Assembly: GCA_050014195.1 (NCBI GenBank)
Contig: JBEKDT010000026.1
Location: 1-29,668, forward strand
Direction of reading: 5' to 3'
Origin: Desulfomonilia bacterium
GTDB lineage: Bacteria; Desulfobacterota; Desulfomonilia; UBA1062
DNA length: 29,668 bases
In this document: one piece after another, positions 1 through 7,004 of the stretch
How positions within the stretch are numbered: the stretch's first letter is position 1
How the letters are laid out: every line of letters starts with the position of its first letter
Notes under the pieces: model-generated
What the model saw: the letters and a program-made list of their open reading frames with translations, nothing else
What the model was told of the DNA's origin: nothing
Databases searched by the model: none
Program-made: the position numbers and the translations under genes

Positions 1-120
1 AAGATTGATTTGGAATATCAGTGTGTTGCATGATAACCATAGCAGATATTCTCTAAATCTCCAATGAGAAAATGCTCTTTTACTCAATTATTTCAACTAA
101 CTATACTTTCCGGATGGGCA
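1..120 (-). mobile_element. Possible IS-like element end interrupting the R-M gene
   Basis: On the minus strand, CTAG (121-124) is followed by TGCCCATCCGGAAAG..., an immediate stop in the R-M frame, and a new ATG at 31 (MQHTDIPNQS) running off the edge. Resemblance to IS ends is from memory only. Confidence 0.25.
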
Positions 121-2360
121 CTAGTTATATTAGTATTTTGGGGATCGACTGGCTCAACAAACCAAAATGATCGTGGGGTTAGAGTTGCACCTTGGTAAAA
201 TTTTGGATGATATGGAGAAAAATCAACATTTTCTTGTATCATATTGTGAGTCAATAGATCCTTTGTTAAAGATTGTTCTGCTTCAGAAAGACAAATGTTT
301 CGTTTGCCTTTGAAATCTGCAAAATAGCGCGTGATGGGTATTTCAGATATTTGTAAATTTGCATTACGTCGAACTACAACACAGCATGGAACATTAAAAA
401 GAGGCTTAACACTTTCGAAATCGAGCAACTCGGTGAATCCTTGTGATTGAAAGCGCAGATGTTGCTTTGCAGGGAGTATTGTTGTCTTGGGCATTACAAA
501 AGCAATTGTACCATCAGTCTTAAGAAAATCTCTTTGGCAATGATCATAAAATAATGTTGAGGTATCCATTCTTGTGAATAATTTCCTGTCAGAAGGTAAC
601 AGAAGTCCATGTGCAAAAACCAATTCTTTTATACGTGCTTTGTAAGCATCATTGTTGACAAATGCATAAGCAAGCCATGGCGGATTCCCAACAATAAAAT
701 CAACCTTGTCTAAACGCAGATAGGAAGGTCTATAAGCGTTTTTTAAAATATAAGCCCAGATAGTATTTTTTCCTTCCTTTTCTAGATTTAAAAATAAAGT
801 AAAATTATGTGACCAGAAAGTGATTTCATCATTAGAGAGTTCTTTCTTAAGAGATGTTTTAAAACCTTTTCTTGCAATAATTTCTTTTTCTTTTTCTTTT
901 GACCCTCGTTTTGCAAAATCACTAAGCATGTCAATAATAGCGTCTGTAGCTTTTGCGCCTCGGTTAAGAGTTGTGTAGGGAATTAGAAAAGCTTCCTTCT
1001 TTTTCGTCACATGTATTGCAAGGCAATTCTTGCGACTATCTTCTCCTGTCATTAGTGTATCAGCCATATATACCTGTAAGTGTATATCCCCCTTGTAAGA
1101 TAGTATCTCATCTCTTAGACTTAGAAGTAAATTGGCTTTTGCCATGAGAACAGCTACTGGATGAACATCAATACCGATTATAGAATCAACAACTGCCTGA
1201 ACATGATCTTCTTTTTTTAATCTTGAGTTTAGTTTGAGGCGTTTTGCTGCAGCATATAAAAATGTCCCTGATCCACAAGATGGGTCAAGTAAACGACCTT
1301 CTGTGTAATTAATTTTATCTAGGATTAATTCTGCTAGCCAGTCTGGAGTATAATACTCACCTAATTCGTGTCTTGATGCAGGATCAACTAGTTTCTGATA
1401 AAGCTCTTTTAGTATATCCTCATTTAGTGTTTTAAAGTTGTAGATAGCAAGACACCTAAATAGATTTTCAACATCATTAACAATTTTATCTTCTATTGTA
1501 GTATCTAGTGGCCAAGAAAAGAAATCAGGTTCCGCCAAATTACTAAAACGATTTTGTTTAAAAAAAGCGCCATCGATTATACCTTTACACATAGCATGAT
1601 CACGAATTTTTTTAGGGAAAAGAGTTAAAGCTACAATAGCTCTTGAAAGCATCGCAAGATATGTATGTGTGATAAATAAGTGCTGATCCCCAATTTCACT
1701 TCCATAAACCTTAGATAACAATGAATTCCACTCACTGTACTTCACTTTAACAGCGCTATTATTCTTAACAACATTAAACGCTTCTGTTAACGATCTTCGC
1801 AATGCATTATAAGTTGTACTAGTTAAGCCAAACCGACCAATTATATCAGATGATGAAGGAGTTAGGCTTCTTGAAGTATAGAACAATTCATCCAATTGAA
1901 GAAAAGTTGAAAGGGGGTTATCCGGATCAATCCTAAATTGGCGAATTAAATAAACTGAGTTATCTTCATAAATGTAAATTTCAAAATTAATTCCATCAGT
2001 AACTATTCCAACATAATTGTTGGGCTCTGACTGTGATTCAAAATATTTTATCAATTCATCTTTTGCTTTATTTCTCTCATGTTCAAGATCTGTCTTAACT
2101 TCAATAATTAGATGCCTAAAAAAAGCATCTATACGGCCTCTGATTTCATGGACTTTTATTTTATGTTCCAATTCGAATTCGACAGGATCAAGGCTTAACC
2201 CTCTACGGAAAAAATCTATAAGTAAGTTTCTGCGTTGATCATGGTGTTTATTGTATTTAATCGCATCTACTATCTGCTCATAATATGAATATAAAATATC
2301 TTCAAAGGAATCAGAATAAGGCTTTAACGTCTTTTGAGATAAAGATTTGCTATTTTTCAT
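93..2360 (-). CDS. Type IIG-like restriction-modification enzyme (PD-(D/E)xK nuclease + N6-adenine methyltransferase), probably C-terminally truncated
   Basis: N-terminal GRID...IIEVK nuclease motif; GEYYTP, motif I LDPSCGSGTF, motif IV VGNPPW (gamma-class order); ORF stops shortly after FYQGATLTPR, where the specificity region would begin. Confidence 0.85.
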   Translation of the reverse strand: MKNSKSLSQKTLKPYSDSFEDILYSYYEQIVDAIKYNKHHDQRRNLLIDFFRRGLSLDPVEFELEHKIKVHEIRGRIDAFFRHLIIEVKTDLEHERNKAKDELIKYFESQSEPNNYVGIVTDGINFEIYIYEDNSVYLIRQFRIDPDNPLSTFLQLDELFYTSRSLTPSSSDIIGRFGLTSTTYNALRRSLTEAFNVVKNNSAVKVKYSEWNSLLSKVYGSEIGDQHLFITHTYLAMLSRAIVALTLFPKKIRDHAMCKGIIDGAFFKQNRFSNLAEPDFFSWPLDTTIEDKIVNDVENLFRCLAIYNFKTLNEDILKELYQKLVDPASRHELGEYYTPDWLAELILDKINYTEGRLLDPSCGSGTFLYAAAKRLKLNSRLKKEDHVQAVVDSIIGIDVHPVAVLMAKANLLLSLRDEILSYKGDIHLQVYMADTLMTGEDSRKNCLAIHVTKKKEAFLIPYTTLNRGAKATDAIIDMLSDFAKRGSKEKEKEIIARKGFKTSLKKELSNDEITFWSHNFTLFLNLEKEGKNTIWAYILKNAYRPSYLRLDKVDFIVGNPPWLAYAFVNNDAYKARIKELVFAHGLLLPSDRKLFTRMDTSTLFYDHCQRDFLKTDGTIAFVMPKTTILPAKQHLRFQSQGFTELLDFESVKPLFNVPCCVVVRRNANLQISEIPITRYFADFKGKRNICLSEAEQSLTKDLLTHNMIQENVDFSPYHPKFYQGATLTPRSFWFVEPVDPQNTNITSAHPESIVS

Positions 2361-2891
2361 TCAAAGACCTCATCAGGAAATCATCCTTTTAAATATGATA
2401 AAATATGCTAAATTCATTTTTTCCTGAATTTCATTCTACCTTACTTTCAAGATAACACCATACTTTTTTAGCCCAAGTGAAAAGATACTCACCACGAGTA
2501 ACAAATTGTCCTTCAGTCTAATCATAGATATCTTAAAAAACGAGAGATTTGCGTTCAGACTTTGACTAATCACCTTCCGGCTATCACCCTCGCTAACCGT
2601 AGATTACTTCGATTTAGCAGTAAGCCAGGCAAATGCATAAAAGAGGACCTGACCGATTCGTCTAACCAGAGGATACAGCAGACGGCTAATAACTGCTGTG
2701 ACACGCTCTATTAACATTAAAAGTATAGATCTCGTGCCATACCTCACGCTCTGATATGAAGTGATAGGCTTTCTATATTTCAACTCAAAATCTTCAGTTT
2801 CCTGATATCCAGTTTGGAACTGAAATGAAACAGAGGATTATTCACTCAACCCTTCGGAATAAGCGGAGCATTTGTTATCAAGTTCTATTTA

Positions 2892-3503
2892 TTACAATGG
2901 TTCGACATAGAGAAACCCTTTATTAGAGAAGCGTTCCACTAATTTATCTAATAAATCACTTTGGTTCTGCACCTCATCAAAATAACCATTCTTTGCACCT
3001 TTAAGGTCCTCTAAAAAGTCACCTGCATTTAGAAGTGTCTGGCCATTTAGCGTCGTCAAATGTAGCTCGGGGTTTTTGTGTGTTAGTGCATATTTACCAT
3101 TCTGAATTGTAAACATGTGAATCAGTCCATTTCGTAGGCTGTAGTATAAATCTTCTGCATTATACTTGTCGTTGAAATATTCTCTGATAAATCCAATATA
3201 AGAAGACTTTACTCCCATTTTTTCTCTACTTTCACCACACCAGAAGCCAGCTAGATAATCAATAACACATGCCATCATAATGAATCCAATTAAAGCATCT
3301 TGAGAATGTACTAAGCGATCTATTGGTTCAAAGATCATTTCGTCGAAATGTGGACGGAAACAACTTTTAAACCATATTAGCTTTTCGTCATACAGCATTG
3401 AAGGGTTGATATTTGCCAGTGTTGGTATTGATTTTGAAGAAGATGTATACCCGTGAAAGACTATTGCTGAAGTTGTTGCATTTATAGGATGATTTTCACT
3501 CAT
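2892..3503 (-). CDS. Hypothetical protein with HEPN-like RxxxxH motif (putative RNase)
   Basis: Helical segment GFIMMACVIDYLAGF followed by LYYSLRNGLIH (R-N-x3-H); SD-like AGAGGG upstream of the ATG. Confidence 0.6.
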   Translation of the reverse strand: MSENHPINATTSAIVFHGYTSSSKSIPTLANINPSMLYDEKLIWFKSCFRPHFDEMIFEPIDRLVHSQDALIGFIMMACVIDYLAGFWCGESREKMGVKSSYIGFIREYFNDKYNAEDLYYSLRNGLIHMFTIQNGKYALTHKNPELHLTTLNGQTLLNAGDFLEDLKGAKNGYFDEVQNQSDLLDKLVERFSNKGFLYVEPL

Positions 3504-3663
3504 GGCAACCCTCTTGTTCTGTTGGGTAATGGCTAATAAATAATGAATGCATTAATCACTCTCGTTTTTCTTCGGTGTCTTGCCGGGAATCACAGATGAG
3601 ATGTCATGACACTGAGCTTTATTTATCATATGAGCATGAAATAATCCAGTATACTCAATTTTG

Positions 3664-3681
3664 GGTGGTGGGTCAGTTTGA
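3664..3681. repeat. Terminal inverted repeat (downstream end) of an IS1-family element
   Basis: GGTGGTGGGTCAGTTTGA is one mismatch from GGTAGTGGGTCAGTTTGA, the end I recall for elements encoding the 'HYNFCRxHxTLRVTPAM' transposase. Confidence 0.65.
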
Positions 3682-3682
3682 T

Positions 3683-4174
3683 TTATTTAAGATTTAATTC
3701 AGATGCCATCTTTTTAACTATAGATTTAAAGCCGTCTTTCAACATTTCTTTTGTTTCAGATGTGATCCACGGAAGCTTATATGCTTTTTCAATTAATTTT
3801 TGAAATTCTTGATATTTATTATTGCTCAATCTTGCAATGTATGGGAATCCATTATAGGGGTTCTTTATTTTACTCAATAATACCTTTTGCCTTATCAGAT
3901 CAATACCACGGAGATCACAATAACCAATCGGAGCTAAACCATGATTAGGTATTTTATTTTCCCATTCGCTCAAACATATTTCAAGGGTGCATACCAACTT
4001 ACAAGCATCTTTTCTGGTTGTAAGAATATGAAAGAAATAATGATCAAGAATAGAATTACCAGCCAATTTATATTTAGGGTTTGGTTGATCAGTGGCCGGG
4101 TCAACTGATAGTTTATCAAGATAAAGATTTTGCTGTTTGATGTTGGAAAGTAGATCGTAATTTGATTGTTTCAA
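3683..4174 (-). CDS. Putative toxin partner of the Panacea antitoxin (possibly a divergent PemK/MazF-like fold)
   Basis: TTG start 2 nt after the antitoxin stop; spacing of HILTT...GYCDLRGIDLI...IARLS loosely recalls PemK/MazF. Confidence 0.55.
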   Translation of the reverse strand: MKQSNYDLLSNIKQQNLYLDKLSVDPATDQPNPKYKLAGNSILDHYFFHILTTRKDACKLVCTLEICLSEWENKIPNHGLAPIGYCDLRGIDLIRQKVLLSKIKNPYNGFPYIARLSNNKYQEFQKLIEKAYKLPWITSETKEMLKDGFKSIVKKMASELNLK

Positions 4175-4176
4175 CT

Positions 4177-4668
4177 TTAAGCGTTAAGATCTAGTCGTTC
4201 ATTTAAGCCTTTTTTGTTCCCGATTTTCGCCCCAAGTTTTTTCATTGGTTTTGTTTGGTAGGTTAGTTCTGTTAATGCTTTTGCTCCGTAAGCCTTAACA
4301 CTTCTCAATACTTCATTAATTGTTTCCACTTCTTCATCACTGAGCTTGTTGAGGGATATATCACCTTTTTTCTTTTTCAAATTGTAGATTATGAATTCAT
4401 CTCCAGTTTCGGCTAATTCGGAATCTTCTGAGACAATTTCCTGTTTAATTAGATTTTTAAGGTATTCATATATTTTTTTATCAAATGGTCCATAATTATA
4501 TCTAATATATTCAAAGTCGGTTAGCTTATTTTGATTTTTCTTGATTGCTACTAGATCAATTATATACGAAATCTTCATCAAGCTTGTTATAGATGTACTT
4601 GGCCTATTTTGAATTATATATGTGAGCAATTGAAGAGTTTTGAACTTTACTCCATTGGCCACGCACAA
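4177..4668 (-). CDS. Panacea-domain (DUF4065/GepA/SocA-like) antitoxin
   Basis: LMKISYIID...FEYIRYNYGPF and C-terminal GAKALTELTY signature. The start may be the GTG at 4662. Confidence 0.8.
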   Translation of the reverse strand: MCVANGVKFKTLQLLTYIIQNRPSTSITSLMKISYIIDLVAIKKNQNKLTDFEYIRYNYGPFDKKIYEYLKNLIKQEIVSEDSELAETGDEFIIYNLKKKKGDISLNKLSDEEVETINEVLRSVKAYGAKALTELTYQTKPMKKLGAKIGNKKGLNERLDLNA

Positions 4669-4702
4669 GGGATGGCACTATTATTGGGCATTTGTCAAGT
4701 AT

Positions 4703-4846
4703 TTATTTGATTAAAGCGAGTATGTCCTCAATTTTCCATACATAATTTGTAATCCCTGCTTCCATTGCCGGTGTTACTCTCAATGTTTGATGCACTCGGC
4801 AGAAATTGTAATGCATGAAATGCAGAGCAATAGAGCAAGCCATATT
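4703..4846 (-). pseudogene. IS1-family transposase, C-terminal fragment
   Basis: NMACSIALHFMHYNFCRVHQTLRVTPAMEAGITNYVWKIEDIL is the characteristic C-terminus; the catalytic core upstream is absent. Confidence 0.8.
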
Positions 4847-4939
4847 ATAACCCGTTTTACCCCCTCCGTGTGTTGCGAGGTCATTCATAGCCAGTGGATG
4901 GGGTCCCCATGAATCTGCTCTCTCCCCCCCTGGTCACTC

Positions 4940-4957
4940 TGTGCACTTTTTGTGCAC
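4940..4957. repeat. TGTGCAC direct repeat with 11-bp period; putative integrase arm-type binding sites
   Basis: TGTGCAC at 4940-4946 and 4951-4957, about 120 bp inside the att site. Confidence 0.5.
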
Positions 4958-5075
4958 CAGACAAGAGACAACAAGGGGTAGAACCGTATAAATGGCCTAC
5001 CCCTGAATCTGTTATTTTCGAGTAATATCAAACAATAACCATGACCGTATATATCCCATAGATGCTATTACAATA

Positions 5076-5121
5076 ACTCTTAATCAGTAGGTCCCTGGTT
5101 CGAGCCCAGGATGGCCCACCA
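5076..5121 (+). tRNA. 3' half of tRNA-Lys(CUU), non-functional duplicate forming the island attachment site (attR)
   Basis: Anticodon loop CT-CTT-AA, T-arm CCTGG-TTCGAGC-CCAGG, acceptor strand TGGCCCA-CCA; the upstream sequence has no D-arm and no 5' acceptor strand. Confidence 0.88.
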
Positions 5122-5124
5122 ATG

Positions 5125-5162
5125 AAAGTCGGGGAGTTACAAGCTCTCCGGCTTTTATTTTT
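5125..5162 (+). terminator. Rho-independent terminator after the tRNA 3' end
   Basis: AAAGTCGGGGAGT-tacaa-GCTCTCCGGCTTT stem (with G-U pairs) followed by a T-rich tract. Confidence 0.65.
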
Positions 5163-5481
5163 ATGTGTCATGCTACCTATAGCTACCCAATATTTGTCAT
5201 GTTGGTCATATTCTAAGAAAAGTCCCCATGCAGTTTCTCTCTTCATGCAACAACAAAATGTGGTGCTTTTTAATAAGATATTCCGGGAGTTAAAAAGATC
5301 AAGGGCGAGGAGGCACATGTTCTCGCATCCCAAATAATTGGCTCAACAACCCGACACCCCTCATCTCGTAATTTTTTAGTTAATTCAAATACAATTATAA
5401 CCGATAAGTCTCAATAGTCGTTAAGGAAAAAGGTGTCGGTGAACATCACGAGACCAATACATGCATAAGGGGGCAAGAATA

Positions 5482-6045
5482 ATGAAGGTATTAAAAGTTA
5501 TTAGCGTGGCATCGGCCATTTGCCTTGCACTCACAGGGATCTGCCTGGCAAATCCTGTATACCCGTCCGGCACTGTTACACCGAATAGTAATATTGATAG
5601 TTTTACCGCTGTTACAAGTCTTGATTTTGATAACGACGGAACTTTCACTACGATAGCTACCATTGTTGTCTCCAATAATTGGGAGAACGCATGGGATCTA
5701 AAGTTAGACTTTGCGAACGACGGCGTTTTTAAGAGGTACAGTGTCTCTAATGGAGATGGCATTGCCGTGGTGTCAGGAAGTGGTGCTGAAATACCAATGA
5801 CTGCCATCAGATTTCATCCAACTGGTACAGGTACGCTTGGGTCAGGCCTTTCCGCTCCAGGTACTATCACTTTGTCAGGTTCCGGACCAGCTTCCTTTAC
5901 ATGGAATGCCGGTGGCACACAATCTACGGCCACAGTGGGCTATGAAATGGGCATCCAATGCAGTTGGCATACCAGCTCTGCCCTTCTCCAGGGGACTTAC
6001 CGGGAATCAATCACAGCAACACTTACCGTAGGTGATGGAAGCTAG
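5482..6045 (+). CDS. Chaperone-usher pilus major subunit (secreted beta-rich pilin)
   Basis: Sec signal peptide MKVLKVISVASAICLALTGICLA; S/T/G-rich; C-terminal LLQGTYRESITATLTV resembles the 'GxYxDxITxT' end of archaic/alternate CU pilins; first gene before chaperone and usher. Confidence 0.72.
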   Translation: MKVLKVISVASAICLALTGICLANPVYPSGTVTPNSNIDSFTAVTSLDFDNDGTFTTIATIVVSNNWENAWDLKLDFANDGVFKRYSVSNGDGIAVVSGSGAEIPMTAIRFHPTGTGTLGSGLSAPGTITLSGSGPASFTWNAGGTQSTATVGYEMGIQCSWHTSSALLQGTYRESITATLTVGDGS

Positions 6046-6070
6046 GTAATGAATGGAAATCTTAAAAGGG

Positions 6071-6097
6071 TGAGGAGGGAAATTGTCCCCTCTTTCA
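6071..6097 (+). terminator. Intercistronic hairpin between pilin and chaperone (partial terminator or mRNA stabiliser)
   Basis: GAGGGA-aattg-TCCCCTC followed by TTTC; imperfect stem. Confidence 0.35.
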
Positions 6098-6109
6098 TAG
6101 GTTAGCTGA

Positions 6110-6910
6110 ATGCGCTGCAGATTGATATTATATTTGATCATATGTATGGGGATTTTTTCAACAGCTGTGCCCTTTTCATGGGCATATGCGAGTTTTTCCG
6201 TTTCCCCTCAGATCATCACCCTTGAGCCCACCGGCAGGAAGTCACAGGAGTGGGTGTCAATCATGCACTCCGGAGACAGTGATCTGCCCATAGCCATTGA
6301 GATGCGGGTCATCAAGAGGGAGTTGGATATTTCGGGCCGGGTATTCCATAGCTCTGATGAGACGGATGAGAATTTCGTGATCTATCCTGCCCAGATAATC
6401 CTTTACCCTGGAGAGATGCAGATGGTCTATATTCAATGGGCAGGAAACACGAGACCTGACAAGGAGCAAGTCTACAGCTTAATCGCTGAAAATATACCCA
6501 TCGAGCTGAAATCGGCAAAAAGCGATAAAGAAATAAAAGATAAAGCACGGTTAGAAATACGGACGTTGGTGAGATATGAAGGGTTGATCTTTGTACGTCC
6601 CCCTAAGGTAACACCTGATGTTGTTGTGGAATCGGCAAATGTCGAGATGGATGAGGCGGGGAAGCCCAGGCTTAGTGTGGTATTATTCAATCGAGGTTCT
6701 GCTCGCCAAAAAATCACGGGAATGAACCTTACCGTTACCCCTGTTGAAGGGGATCACGCTGAAGTCGATAAGGCCATTACCTATAAGCCGCCATTGCCGA
6801 AAGAACAGACAACCCACAGCCTGTATGCCGGATATAAGCGCCAATGCGTCTTGCCTTGGCCGGAATCGGTGCCGGTGGGGCCTGTGAAGGTAACCGTTAC
6901 CTTTGAGTAG
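6110..6910 (+). CDS. Periplasmic pilus chaperone (PapD/CsuC-like)
   Basis: Signal peptide; FSVSPQIITLE, FVIYPAQIILYPGEMQMVYIQW, EQVYSLIAENIP, LIFVRP, LFNRGS motifs. Confidence 0.88.
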   Translation: MRCRLILYLIICMGIFSTAVPFSWAYASFSVSPQIITLEPTGRKSQEWVSIMHSGDSDLPIAIEMRVIKRELDISGRVFHSSDETDENFVIYPAQIILYPGEMQMVYIQWAGNTRPDKEQVYSLIAENIPIELKSAKSDKEIKDKARLEIRTLVRYEGLIFVRPPKVTPDVVVESANVEMDEAGKPRLSVVLFNRGSARQKITGMNLTVTPVEGDHAEVDKAITYKPPLPKEQTTHSLYAGYKRQCVLPWPESVPVGPVKVTVTFE

Positions 6911-7004
6911 AGGGCCGTGAAAGAGACGAGAAAACATCAAACACGCACAGAGTTATGTTGGCGGCATTTTCAGACATGCCGGGATTGCTCGATGCCTTCC
7001 CTGC

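Larger units (their letters stand above)
3664..4846 (-). mobile_element. Remnant of an IS1-family transporter element carrying a toxin-antitoxin pair as passenger genes
   Basis: Transposase C-terminal fragment (4703-4846), two cargo ORFs, then a TIR-like GGTGGTGGGTCAGTTTGA next to the last stop codon; the other end is missing. Confidence 0.7.
1..5121. mobile_element. Right end of a tRNA-Lys-integrated genomic (defence) island; extends beyond the left window edge
   Basis: Visibly much more AT-rich than the arg/dap core; defence-type cargo; ends exactly at a tRNA 3'-half copy preceded by arm-like direct repeats. No integrase is in the window. Confidence 0.75.

Noticed and set aside
2604-2717. 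37-aa amphipathic minus-strand ORF (MLIERVTAVISRLLYPLVRRIGQVLFYAFAWLTAKSK) as a type I toxin
   Set aside because: No SD, no antisense RNA evidence, and it overlaps the attC-like relic; not supportable from the sequence alone.
5045-5121. Intact tRNA-Lys gene
   Set aside because: The sequence upstream of 5076 cannot form the D-arm, the 5' anticodon stem or the 5' acceptor strand.
5028-5337. ORFs 5028-5333 (-) and 5122-5337 (+)
   Set aside because: They overlap the tRNA fragment and terminator; GGPSWARTRDLLIKS is simply the antisense translation of the tRNA.
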